From the IMG/VR virus record IMGVR_UViG_3300005573_000857, positions 27,894 to 91,893 of that record: DNA of 64,000 bases; one strand, written 5' to 3'. Origin of the DNA: a virus. Positions 36,484-46,265 of the stretch are shown piece by piece. Under the pieces are notes generated by a model, which made no database searches, was not told the DNA's origin, and saw only the letters and a program-made list of their open reading frames with translations. Numbering within the stretch: position 1 is the first letter of the stretch; each line of letters starts with the position of its first letter. The translations under genes and the position numbers were made by a program.

Positions 36484-38214
36484 TTAAGTTTCTCCTCTAG
36501 ATCTTGTAGAACCCCTCTTCCACAGATTCCATAAGTTTTTAGCTCTCTCCGAAATAGTTTGTACTGTCGTTTTTTCAGTTGTTCCCATTTCGTCTGCATA
36601 GTACGTACCAGAGATTTTTGTCTTGATACTTTGCATAGCAGAAGAAACTTTCTCTTTTGCTGCAGAAGTTACGCTAGCTGCTTTATTTTCTAGAGACATT
36701 CGTTCTGCTATAGCTCTTTCGTAAGCTTTCTTTGACATCTCTTTTAAAGCGGTTCTCGCTTCAGAAACCTTCTCTTCCATATTCACTTCTTTCGAAGGAT
36801 CTTGCTTAGTCGTTACTTTTTCTACTGAATCGTGGGGAGGCGGTTCGTACCACTCTGCAGGATCCACTCTCTCGACTGCGTTTGTGGCTAGCTGTTCTTG
36901 TTCCTCTAACGACTGTTGTGTTTCGTCGTACGTTGGCGAAGAAACCTGACCAAAAAGCTGGCTAGCTTCTTCTCTTGTTTCTTCTTCTGTGCTAACTTGT
37001 TCCTCTGGAATTGGGTCGGCATCAGCTAGTATGTTATACGAAGCTAAGTCAGAAGGCGAGACTCTACTAGAGATTTCTACTTCTTCCTCACCGTACTTAG
37101 TTGCGGTATATGTATACTCTACTTCTAAAGTCTTCGGCGGTGACCCAGCCACACCAGCTGGAACTACATACATATTCTTAATCGAACTTTTAGAATCTAA
37201 TATACCATCTATATAGTCTTTTACATTTGGTATGTCTTCGTTTGCGACACCACTTACGAGAACGTTGTACAAGTTAGTAAAGTCTATCCGGACATCGACT
37301 ATCCAAGGTCGCTGCATCCAAGATATTCCGCCAGCAGCTTGGTCACCACCTTTTGAGACAGAAATGTTAGTTATTGCCGCAGCTTTAATATTGAACAATC
37401 CTGGGCATTTAACTTTATGTATAAATGGCCATCTGTACAAGAAGCTATCTTCTGTTGACTGGGGAACTGCCAAAAGAAGTAAAGCTGCAAGTGGCCCAAT
37501 GATTGTCCGTGCATATGTAGAGTCATCTTTTACATCTGGACACATAAGTCTAACAGTAATCGAATACACTGCACCAAAAGCACTGGATTTCCAAACATTT
37601 GGCCAGTCAACTCTGGAACCAGTTAATAGAGCTTGCCCAACTCTAGCTCCAGTTTCTAGCATTCTTGCTGCACCACGTTCTCCTCTTAGTCTTAGCTCAG
37701 CTGTTTTTAGTCCAGCCCATCTTTCTGCACTTTCTATAGCTCCTTTGGCTCTTTCCATCCACCCAGCTATGCTTTCTGCTCCAGCTCCTCTAGCTATTTC
37801 ACTCATCGCACCAATAGCAGATTGAAGGTTCTGTACGTTCGCTATATACATTAACTCTTGCATTGGTGCAGATATTACTTCAGTCATTTGTTGCAAAAAA
37901 CTTGGTGAGTAGTCATTAGTAAATGATTCTGTTGGTGTATTGTCTAATTGGAAAACGACTGGTAGAGATCGCCCTGTTGTATTTTGCTCTCCTAGTTCGA
38001 AGCCAAGAGATTGCAGCATAGTTTTATACATTCCGAAAACTGGATCTAGCCTGTAGAGAGTGATTCCTTCGCCTACAGTTGGCAAGCATGGTGTTATTTC
38101 CATTCGCGGAAGAGTTGCTTCAAATGGAACACCACTAACTCTGGCTTCCACAGGCGGTACACCTATCGGTAAAGAAATCTTCTCAACTGGGGCCTCTTTC
38201 GTTAGCTCTATCAT
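36484..38214 (-). CDS. Putative virion structural protein (tail/baseplate region)
   Basis: 576 aa, next to the tape-measure-like gene; beta-rich tube-like segment (AITNISVSKG..VDVRIDF). Confidence 0.5.
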   Translation of the reverse strand: MIELTKEAPVEKISLPIGVPPVEARVSGVPFEATLPRMEITPCLPTVGEGITLYRLDPVFGMYKTMLQSLGFELGEQNTTGRSLPVVFQLDNTPTESFTNDYSPSFLQQMTEVISAPMQELMYIANVQNLQSAIGAMSEIARGAGAESIAGWMERAKGAIESAERWAGLKTAELRLRGERGAARMLETGARVGQALLTGSRVDWPNVWKSSAFGAVYSITVRLMCPDVKDDSTYARTIIGPLAALLLLAVPQSTEDSFLYRWPFIHKVKCPGLFNIKAAAITNISVSKGGDQAAGGISWMQRPWIVDVRIDFTNLYNVLVSGVANEDIPNVKDYIDGILDSKSSIKNMYVVPAGVAGSPPKTLEVEYTYTATKYGEEEVEISSRVSPSDLASYNILADADPIPEEQVSTEEETREEASQLFGQVSSPTYDETQQSLEEQEQLATNAVERVDPAEWYEPPPHDSVEKVTTKQDPSKEVNMEEKVSEARTALKEMSKKAYERAIAERMSLENKAASVTSAAKEKVSSAMQSIKTKISGTYYADEMGTTEKTTVQTISERAKNLWNLWKRGSTRSRGET

Positions 38215-38322
38215 TTATCTTTGCCTCTCGTCAAGTATTAGTATGATTAACCACGTAAAACCTATGAAGCAACACGATACTAGAAACGCAACCAATAGCA
38301 AAGACCACAGTGCTTCTAACAT
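38215..38322 (-). CDS. 35-aa single-TM peptide (not in ORF track)
   Basis: GAGGT RBS; MLEALWSLLLVAFLVSCCFIGFTWLIILILDERQR; stop abuts the next ATG. Confidence 0.55.
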   Translation of the reverse strand: MLEALWSLLLVAFLVSCCFIGFTWLIILILDERQR

Positions 38323-38338
38323 GAATTTTACCTCTTTT

Positions 38339-41300
38339 TTATGGAACGTTTCCAGATAAGACTATAGTTAGTTCTGAATCGTAAGGACTCTGGTATGCAG
38401 CTCTACCACCACCAGCGTTCATGTTTTGCATAGTAGTGTTATAGACGTTAGTTATATTAGTCATTACATGTTGTATCTGTTTGCTTAAGTTGGCCATACC
38501 AGCTGCAAGAGCTCGAGCTACTTCTGAACTTCCAGCTGCGCCCAAAAGTGCTTCCGAAGCTCTCATAGCAGCTAAGCTTTTCATTGTAAGGAACGTTCTA
38601 CCAGCGGTGTCTCTCACTGTTATAGCGTCACCAACTGACTGATATGTAAGATGCCAAGGTTCATGTGGCAGTGTCCTAGCGAAGCCGTACTTCTGTAAGA
38701 GACCAAGTTCTTCGAGTTTTCTTGCATCAATTGAAGATACATCTACAGCGAGACCTCTTTCATGTAGTGACCTCCCTGGAGGAGCTGCGAGTCCTGGTCC
38801 TTTTTCCATGTACAGTCTTGCTTGCTCTTCTCTTGATCTGTAAGCTGAGTTAACAGTTAGTGGTCTTCCAGTCATAGCTTTAAACTCTTCAGCCATAGCT
38901 TCCAAATTTCTCCTTACTGGCTCTTGTAACTGCTCTATTTTCGCACCTTCTCTCGCAATGATCATTCCCCGTATTCTTTTGTAGTAAGAGACAAACGGTT
39001 CTTTAACTTCTTCTACTACTCTTGCACCAACTGCGGCTGCTGGTTTTGCTACTTCTTCTACTACTCTTGCACCAGCTGCGGCTACTGGTTTTGCTATTTC
39101 TCTAACTGCTTCGAACCCAGCTTTTCCAACTCTGTAAGCAGCTATATATGGAGCCATGAGAGGTCTAAGAAATGGAAGAGCAACGACGATTTTCTCAATA
39201 ATCCAATCTTTAATAGATGTGCCTATATCATGTAAGAACTTAAAGATTGTAACGAACGAATCTATAAGATTCTCTGCCGACCTCTTTGCAAAGAAGGTAA
39301 CTTTATCTATAACTGTCTTTGTCGTATCTCTTATTGAGTCCCATTTTTCAGATATCCAAGATGCTAGTTCTCTAACTGCACCGACAGCAACTTCTATTGG
39401 ATATTTAACCCATTTCCATGTTGCTTCTGCAAGACGGCTAACTTGTTTCCACACTACTGTTACTGCTCTTGCTATGTTTTCCCCGCCTATGTAACCAAGG
39501 ATAGCACCAGCAATAGCACCAATTCCAGCTCCTACTGCTGTACCAACACCTGGAACTATAGAACCAGCAGCTGCTCCTAAAGCTGCTCCCTTTAAAGCTC
39601 CTTCTTTAAGACCTTCCAGTCCTCCACCAATACTGCCAAGAACACCACCAACCATAGCAGCCCAAGTTGGAACGCCCCATTCTTTTGCTCTCCTAGCTGC
39701 TTCTCTGGCATCTGCTGCAGCCATAAGACCACCGCTAATAGCAGCAGTTACACCCCAGGGGCCCATTCTTGACAAAAGTCTACCCACTCCTCTTCCAGCG
39801 AGGACTATACCACGTCCTATACCTCTACCACCTAAGAGCAAGCCTTCTATGAGAGCTCTGGGTATCTTGTAGAGTAACTTAGTGAAAAACCAAGCCGGAT
39901 TTAGCAAGAAAGTCTTTATCTTGCCAAGCACCCACATAGCTAGGAGACCAAATTTAGCTAACCATTTCTTCCACCAAGGTTGTGCGGTATTTTCTTTTAT
40001 TTCGACAAGACGATCATGTATTCTCTTCCATTGTTCTTTGAATCTAAACTTCGCCTCTATAGACCATTCTTTTATCTTCCCCCATAAAGTTTGTGCTCCT
40101 GGAAGTTCACCAATTCTTTTCAAGTAGGGTTTAACCGCACCAATAGTACCAAGCAGTGCTATTCCGCCAACAGGCCCAACGAATGGAATCAAAGGAGCTG
40201 CTAAGAAACCAAGAATACCCCACTTGAAAAATCTTTTGGCCATAGCTGTAACTTGGGGTGCTTGTTTTTTAGCCTCAGCATAAAAGCCAGTAGCTGCACC
40301 TACAGCTGCACCTGCAGCACCAGTTACTAAGGAAAGTCCTGGAATTGGGATTGGTAGTCCAGCAGCTGCTCCCGCTATGCCACCGAATATTACTCTCTTC
40401 TTTATTTTCTTAAGTGCTTCTACAAAACTTGCCCACTTCTTTTCTGCATCAGCAAAACCAGACTTAACTCCAGGTACAGTTCTACCTTTTGCTCTTCCAA
40501 AAAGCATACCCAGAATTCTGAAAGGACTTAAGAAAGAAGCAAAGCCAGTAATTCCAGCTTCTCTAAGACTCTCTTCTCTAAGTTCAAGTGCATCAATGAA
40601 CTTTTTCCAAAGAAGTACTCTTACTGGAGTTTCTTTTGTCTTTGTTCCTAAGAACTCTCTTATCTTATCGTATAAACTATACGTTTGCTCCTTAACTGCC
40701 TCTGCTTCTCTTCCAGTTAAGCTCTCTACCATTTGCTTCAGACTAAGCATAATTTGGTCCAGCTTTGGCATCATGTTTGTGAAGATTAGGAAGAGAGTAT
40801 CTTGAATGTTTCCAAGAACATTGACGCCTCTCGGGAGCATAGCCCTGTAACCGCCTCTAACACCAAACAACCACTTTATGGGTTTCAAAAAACCAACTTT
40901 TAAAACAGTTCCTAAACCAATTAAAAACCTGAGAGTCGGATGCTCCATTAATGTTCGTTGCCAAGCTATTCTAATAGCAGAAGTCATCCCGAATAATCCA
41001 GTCTTCAGTTCAGCCAGCAACCTAACTACACGTTCTCTCCAGTCTTTTTCTTCGAAGTGACGTTCTTCTTGCCAGTTTTTAACGAACGATTCAATAAAAC
41101 TTCTCTGTTCTACCCTTTCTCTCTTAATAAACTTTTCTAGGTCGATAACTCCATATGTAAGCTCTTTTATCCACGCTTCGATTTTTTCTAGTATATCTTT
41201 TTTTCCAGTCTTCTCTTCTATATAACGGAATATTTTTTCAACAGGAGTAATAACTTCAGCTTCATGCACCAGCGCCACACCAGTTCTACGTACGTAGCCA

Positions 41301-41953
41301 CCCTCTTGCAGTTTTGGTGCTTTTACTTTTACACGTTCGATCTTCCCTCTGTATGCCCTCTCTTCTGCTCGTCTTCGAAACCATTCTGTAACACCACCCC
41401 ACATGCTTCGAAGTTTGTCAGCTACGAACGAAATTGCATTTAAGAACTTTTCTTTGATCCCTTCGGTGATTCTTTGGAATAATCTTGTCTCGAAGAACTT
41501 TCCTATAAAGTAGCCAAAGATTGGTGTAGCTGTCGAAAGAGCCATTGCTACTGCACGGGGCTTACTTATGTAAATATCTTGCCTAATTGCGTCCCTATAC
41601 TCTTGGAGAGTTTCTGCTGTAACTTGACTGATCTTTGTGACACCACGGGATAGAGACTCAACTACATAGCCAAGTTTGTCGAGAATTTTTGCTACTGAAC
41701 TTTCAACTTCCCTAATTTCACCAGGACCAGCTAATTCAGTAACCCTTCTTTTTCGTGCGATATCTGCTACAGTTCCTTTGTACTTTCGTATGTCACCTTC
41801 AAATCGAGCTTCTTCTCTGCTTATAAAGTTGAGGACAGGATTGACTCCTCTTCTTTCAGCTAGTGTATCGAGGGCGGTCTTCTTTGCTTCTGCTCGTCTT
41901 AGCAAGTCTTCTATTTGCCTTTTTGACTCTCTGGTAGGATCGTAGTCGGCCAT
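38339..41953 (-). CDS. Tape-measure-like protein with C-terminal M15 (VanY-like) peptidase
   Basis: 1204 aa, helical and Gly/Ala-rich, with Trp periodicity; SAYRS..PPGRSLHERGLAVDV..EPWH. Confidence 0.8.
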   Translation of the reverse strand: MADYDPTRESKRQIEDLLRRAEAKKTALDTLAERRGVNPVLNFISREEARFEGDIRKYKGTVADIARKRRVTELAGPGEIREVESSVAKILDKLGYVVESLSRGVTKISQVTAETLQEYRDAIRQDIYISKPRAVAMALSTATPIFGYFIGKFFETRLFQRITEGIKEKFLNAISFVADKLRSMWGGVTEWFRRRAEERAYRGKIERVKVKAPKLQEGGYVRRTGVALVHEAEVITPVEKIFRYIEEKTGKKDILEKIEAWIKELTYGVIDLEKFIKRERVEQRSFIESFVKNWQEERHFEEKDWRERVVRLLAELKTGLFGMTSAIRIAWQRTLMEHPTLRFLIGLGTVLKVGFLKPIKWLFGVRGGYRAMLPRGVNVLGNIQDTLFLIFTNMMPKLDQIMLSLKQMVESLTGREAEAVKEQTYSLYDKIREFLGTKTKETPVRVLLWKKFIDALELREESLREAGITGFASFLSPFRILGMLFGRAKGRTVPGVKSGFADAEKKWASFVEALKKIKKRVIFGGIAGAAAGLPIPIPGLSLVTGAAGAAVGAATGFYAEAKKQAPQVTAMAKRFFKWGILGFLAAPLIPFVGPVGGIALLGTIGAVKPYLKRIGELPGAQTLWGKIKEWSIEAKFRFKEQWKRIHDRLVEIKENTAQPWWKKWLAKFGLLAMWVLGKIKTFLLNPAWFFTKLLYKIPRALIEGLLLGGRGIGRGIVLAGRGVGRLLSRMGPWGVTAAISGGLMAAADAREAARRAKEWGVPTWAAMVGGVLGSIGGGLEGLKEGALKGAALGAAAGSIVPGVGTAVGAGIGAIAGAILGYIGGENIARAVTVVWKQVSRLAEATWKWVKYPIEVAVGAVRELASWISEKWDSIRDTTKTVIDKVTFFAKRSAENLIDSFVTIFKFLHDIGTSIKDWIIEKIVVALPFLRPLMAPYIAAYRVGKAGFEAVREIAKPVAAAGARVVEEVAKPAAAVGARVVEEVKEPFVSYYKRIRGMIIAREGAKIEQLQEPVRRNLEAMAEEFKAMTGRPLTVNSAYRSREEQARLYMEKGPGLAAPPGRSLHERGLAVDVSSIDARKLEELGLLQKYGFARTLPHEPWHLTYQSVGDAITVRDTAGRTFLTMKSLAAMRASEALLGAAGSSEVARALAAGMANLSKQIQHVMTNITNVYNTTMQNMNAGGGRAAYQSPYDSELTIVLSGNVP
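39006..39095. repeat. 45-bp tandem repeat x2 (AKPxAAxGARVVEEV) in the tape-measure-like gene
   Basis: Two near-identical 45-nt units are visible in the DNA. Confidence 0.85.
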
Positions 41954-41986
41954 TTAAGCATTAATCTCCTTTTTAGATTTTTTCTG

Positions 41987-42868
41987 CTAAATTTTCTTCA
42001 TTAAAGACAAAAACTTAGAACTGAAGAGTCCATTACCACAGAGTATACTGACAACCTCAGATGGTGCAACCAACTCTTGAAGACATATAGTATCTAGGTT
42101 ACTGAGTCCGAACCGTTTGTACGCTTCGTAAAGTGGTAAAATTGTCTGCGCAGAGGATGAGAATATTTCTAAGGGATCTTGTTCCGAAGCTATCTTTGCT
42201 ATGGTAATAAGAAGAGAAACCTGTCTTACTCTAAACTGCTTTTTGTCTACAGCAAGTTTTCCGAAACTGTCTAGTTCTTTTTCGTATAATCTTATAAACT
42301 TTTTAATAAGGATCGCTTTCGACTGATAAGTAACAAGAAATTTGAGAAAGTCCTCAACTATTATACTAACTTCCTTACTCTTTTCTTTGGGTAAGGAAAA
42401 CAAGTCCATAAAATAAGAAGAGTAAAATTTCTGCAAAACATCATTAAACTCGGCATAGAAAGCTCCTGGAATCTCTACTGCAAACTTGTGGCAAAGTTCG
42501 TGCAAAAGGACGTCTTCGAGCAGTTCGTTAGGATATGACAAAAACCAGTTCGTCTTGTTGTCGATAACTATGTAAATTGTCTTTTCTGGTTGGCTGTAAG
42601 CACCAACGAGAATTTTCGAACGGGCCGGAGCGAAAATGCTCCTAGCGATAAAAGAAATAACGTTACTGCTTTGCCAGCACGGAACAATCTGCCCGTACTT
42701 TACCATTTCTGCAATCTTGTCAATACACTTAGAGAGAGTCTTAGACAATAAAATTGCTTCAATAAACTTCTCTTTCAATTTTTCGGAAGAGTAAACTGGA
42801 ATGTTGCCGAAAGTAGCTACAACTTCAGCTCCAAATGGTAAAACGAAAAGCTCTTGAAGATTATCCAT
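41987..42868 (-). CDS. HExxH zincin-like protein
   Basis: GAYSQPEKTIYI ... VLLHELCH. Confidence 0.55.
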   Translation of the reverse strand: MDNLQELFVLPFGAEVVATFGNIPVYSSEKLKEKFIEAILLSKTLSKCIDKIAEMVKYGQIVPCWQSSNVISFIARSIFAPARSKILVGAYSQPEKTIYIVIDNKTNWFLSYPNELLEDVLLHELCHKFAVEIPGAFYAEFNDVLQKFYSSYFMDLFSLPKEKSKEVSIIVEDFLKFLVTYQSKAILIKKFIRLYEKELDSFGKLAVDKKQFRVRQVSLLITIAKIASEQDPLEIFSSSAQTILPLYEAYKRFGLSNLDTICLQELVAPSEVVSILCGNGLFSSKFLSLMKKI

Positions 42869-42881
42869 TTTAGTAACTTCC

Positions 42882-44636
42882 TCACTCAGTTGTCAAATCA
42901 ATATAGTCAGCAAAAGAAAAGCTAGAGTCAATATCTTTCTCTAAGTCGATAGGACCTTTCTTTATTCTAAACATGGGTTCTAGTTTCTGCAACTGGGAAC
43001 TTCCGTCATAGAATTGTAGAGTATTAATGAACGAGCCTCCCATAGCTGAGATCTGGGCTATGTTCTCTTTTACAAACTGTGCAATATCTTCGTTAGTAAA
43101 AGAAGAGAGATTCTCACTGACGTTTAAGTTTAGAACTTTATCGAGTATATTTCCTTTTTCTCCAGCCAAACTTATCGCTAGTGGCGGGTCATACTTTCTG
43201 ACGTAGAAAGCACAAGCTGTAGCTAAAGCTAAGTCGTCTCTACAACCTTCATCACCTTCTACTCTGCCGCTAGCTTTCGAGACTAAACCCACAAGTTCTA
43301 GAGCTAGTCTTCTAGACTTTACGATCTCTGGAGTTTCTGCTATATACGAATAAAGAGAATCGATCATGAGGGGTCGTGTTTTCGAGTTAGTAGAGAGACC
43401 AGTAACGACTTTATTTTCTGACCTTTTCTCTTTATATAGCATTGGAGCAAACTCGCTTCGGTCTAGTGCTTCACATACTTGGTTACCGTAAGAGTTGTTC
43501 TCAACCACCACAATACCTGAGTACTGAGCACAAGCAAGAGCTACAACTTTTGTAAAATCTGTAACTGAGCACTTACCTTGGTATTCGCAGACTTGTTCTA
43601 GTGTTACGTAGTCCCAAACAGTAATTGCAGAGTTGTCTTCCCCATGCTCACCAGCAGTGTCTACGCCAATTAAATAGTACCTTCCCTTTTCTGGCTGCTT
43701 AAACTTCCACCATTCGCCGTTAAATAGTTTAAGTACTTCAATTGGTTTACAGTCTATTGATTGTAGTTTTTCGCATATCTCTTCAGAGAAGAAAGAACCG
43801 CTCCCAGGTAAGAATACTAAGTCTAACTCCTGTTTTATAGCTTTTTCGTCATAACCGAATAGCTTTCGCTGTGTCTCATACCAAGACGGATCACTTGCCA
43901 GTTCTGGAATGTCTTTCCAGTGTATCTTAAATAACTTGAAGATGTCAGAGTTAGATAAAGCTTTCTGGTATCGAGTAAAAAACCACTTTCCAACACCTTC
44001 TGTCTTGTTCGGGGTGCTTAGCAGAACTGTTCCATAGGGTATCCCATTTTGTCTAGCGTGTTTCTGAGAAGTAGCTAAAGCTGAGACCATTCCAGTCCAT
44101 GCTTCTTCAATATGTGGCACAAAAGCTGCTTCATCAATAACTAGAAAAGTAATTGCTTTACCTCTTAGCGTTTTTTCTGGCGTTGACGGATTGACAGGTG
44201 TTGCATACACTTTAGAACCATTGCTCAAAATAAACGTTTGTTCTGTTCTTTTCTTGAACCCTGGTGTCATCCATTTTGGAAGCTTATCTAACATGGACAT
44301 TATATTTCTAGCGAAACTAGTTGCTTCCGGTCCATCTTTAGAAATGATTCCGACGACGACATTGTCGAAAAAAGTGGTAAGCCAAGTGATATAAGCCTGG
44401 ACAATCGTAGAAATTCCAATTTGCCTAGACTTAAGAACTAATACAGTTTTCTCTTGCTCGATCGTTTTTATTAGCTTTAACTGTTCCTTGTAGGGATTTA
44501 AGTAAACGTCGCCACCAGGAAGCTCGATTACAATGTAGTTTCTGCAGAAGTATTCGAAGTCTGACTTACATTTTATATACTCTTGAACTAGTTTTTCTCT
44601 TTCTTCTTTCGTCATGTTTTGTGCACTGCTCTCCAT
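42882..44636 (-). CDS. terL: Terminase large subunit (T4 gp17-like)
   Basis: LKSRQIGIST, LVIDEAAF, LLSTPN; RNase H-like IGVDTA, VENNSYG and DDLALA. Confidence 0.93.
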   Translation of the reverse strand: MESSAQNMTKEEREKLVQEYIKCKSDFEYFCRNYIVIELPGGDVYLNPYKEQLKLIKTIEQEKTVLVLKSRQIGISTIVQAYITWLTTFFDNVVVGIISKDGPEATSFARNIMSMLDKLPKWMTPGFKKRTEQTFILSNGSKVYATPVNPSTPEKTLRGKAITFLVIDEAAFVPHIEEAWTGMVSALATSQKHARQNGIPYGTVLLSTPNKTEGVGKWFFTRYQKALSNSDIFKLFKIHWKDIPELASDPSWYETQRKLFGYDEKAIKQELDLVFLPGSGSFFSEEICEKLQSIDCKPIEVLKLFNGEWWKFKQPEKGRYYLIGVDTAGEHGEDNSAITVWDYVTLEQVCEYQGKCSVTDFTKVVALACAQYSGIVVVENNSYGNQVCEALDRSEFAPMLYKEKRSENKVVTGLSTNSKTRPLMIDSLYSYIAETPEIVKSRRLALELVGLVSKASGRVEGDEGCRDDLALATACAFYVRKYDPPLAISLAGEKGNILDKVLNLNVSENLSSFTNEDIAQFVKENIAQISAMGGSFINTLQFYDGSSQLQKLEPMFRIKKGPIDLEKDIDSSFSFADYIDLTTE

Positions 44637-44699
44637 TTTTTTGTTCAGAAGAGAACTACACCGCAGCTATATATATATCTTTACAGAAAGGAGGGAAAA

Positions 44700-44912
44700 A
44701 TGAAAACACCTATTTTTTTAATCGACTCAACGACAAGTGAGCTAGCGAAATCTTGGCTTGGGAAGTACTGTCCTTTGTGCATTTCGAAAGAACAGCTCCT
44801 TTGGGATGCAGACTTAGTTAGAGGAAAGTGGTTCTTTAGAAGGAAGTGCTTGAAAGGCCACTCAGTGGAAGTATCAACCGAAGTCTACGAACAACTAAGA
44901 AAAGGGAAGTAA
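44700..44912 (+). CDS. Small zinc-ribbon protein
   Basis: GGAGG RBS; CPLC...CLKGH; preceded by the TATATATAT motif. Confidence 0.6.
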   Translation: MKTPIFLIDSTTSELAKSWLGKYCPLCISKEQLLWDADLVRGKWFFRRKCLKGHSVEVSTEVYEQLRKGK

Positions 44913-44920
44913 TGGAAGAA

Positions 44921-46162
44921 GCGACCTTCTGGGGGACTAAAGCCCCCAGATTCCTGTTACTTTTGTTGGGTCTAACAGAGCGCTAGAGTCACTAGTAGCG
45001 CATTGAGATTTCTTATAGAACTTCTCAATGTTTCTTGACCCGTTTAGATCAGTATCAAGTTGAATCAAACAATCATTACAAACAAATCTTTCTTGTTGTG
45101 GTCTAGAAGTATTTCTACTTCCGCAACTTGAACAAGTTTTAGACGTATATGCTGGATTGATTTTTACAACTAGAATTCCCTGATCTAAACATTTATACTC
45201 CAAGAAGTTTTGGAACATCGAGTAAGGAAAACTGTTAATGATATAATTCAACATTTTTCCTTTAGAAGTCCCAAGTTTTCTTGAAGCTGACCTTCTCAAA
45301 TGTCTCAGATCTTCTAGGACTAGAACGTCTACTCCTTGTTGAAGAAGTTCTTTAGAAATTTGAGAAGTCAATTTGTGCAAATAGTCTTTTGAATAGTTTG
45401 CCAAATTTCGAAGTTTCTGGTTATTCTTTTTACGCTCAAGTTTTCTATGAGCAAGTTGTTTGATATGCTTAAAGATATTATTTGAAAGAACAACTCGTTT
45501 GTAGTTAACATCAAGACCAACTACTTTTGGAATTTGTTTTGGTTGTGGATCTGGTTTTTCTATTTCTATAGAAAGTCTTAAATACAACTTATTGTTACTA
45601 GACCTTTTGTAAATTTGAACTAGTTTAACTTTTCCTTTTGAAAGATCTAGATGTTTTCCAAACAAAGGAAAATACTTTCTAAATAGTTTTAGCCAGATTT
45701 TGGCGTATTTAGTTGGTTTAGTTGTATTAGAAACTTGTTGGCCTTGATCCATGAAAATACTTGCTTTTATTGGTTTCTTTGGAGCTTTCTTGTAATTCCA
45801 AGGAGCATATAAACTTATGAAGTTTTGAAGACATTTAGAATTTATTTGAGGAAATTGTTGTCTGCAAAGTCGATACAAAGACTTTTGATCGTTCCAACTT
45901 GACTTACACAAGTAGAAAACAAATTCTGACAATTGCTGAATCTGTTGTAAAGTATTTTCTAGAAACTCAAGTTTCTGTTTATTTCCAGAAATTCTACAAG
46001 TATAGGATTTTAATGTTTTCATACCCGTTTTTGACTTTCAATTGTATTTTTAGTTATATTTGTTTGTTCTAAATTTAAAACAAATCAGAATCAAGAACAG
46101 TTCTAAAATGATCTCAATTCATCCGGATGACTAAAGTCACCGGCTTTCTTGAGAAAGGAGAT
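44921..46162 (-). mobile_element. Non-autonomous IS200/IS605-family element (tnpB only)
   Basis: On the - strand, left end TTAC|...AAAG-CCGGTGAC-TTTA-GTCATCCGG; right end GAAT-CTGGGGG-CTTTAGT-CCCCCAG..TCGC. Interior is more AT-rich; no tnpA. Confidence 0.8.
44937..46022 (-). CDS. tnpB: RNA-guided endonuclease TnpB
   Basis: RuvC I VVGLDVN, RuvC II VLEDL, YTSKTCSSCG/CNDC zinc finger, RuvC III DTDLNGSRNI. Confidence 0.93.
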   Translation of the reverse strand: MKTLKSYTCRISGNKQKLEFLENTLQQIQQLSEFVFYLCKSSWNDQKSLYRLCRQQFPQINSKCLQNFISLYAPWNYKKAPKKPIKASIFMDQGQQVSNTTKPTKYAKIWLKLFRKYFPLFGKHLDLSKGKVKLVQIYKRSSNNKLYLRLSIEIEKPDPQPKQIPKVVGLDVNYKRVVLSNNIFKHIKQLAHRKLERKKNNQKLRNLANYSKDYLHKLTSQISKELLQQGVDVLVLEDLRHLRRSASRKLGTSKGKMLNYIINSFPYSMFQNFLEYKCLDQGILVVKINPAYTSKTCSSCGSRNTSRPQQERFVCNDCLIQLDTDLNGSRNIEKFYKKSQCATSDSSALLDPTKVTGIWGL

Positions 46163-46207
46163 GTAAAGAATTTTCCAGTACGACGGAAAAAGAAAGCTTG
46201 AGCTCGA

Positions 46208-46255
46208 AGAAAAAAAGCTCTTTAGTCTATTTTCATACTAAAGAGCTTTTTTTTT
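46208..46255. terminator. Bidirectional rho-independent terminator
   Basis: AAAAAAGCTCTTTAGT..ACTAAAGAGCTTTTTTTTT between convergent units. Confidence 0.8.
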
Positions 46256-46265
46256 GCTAGCTTCC

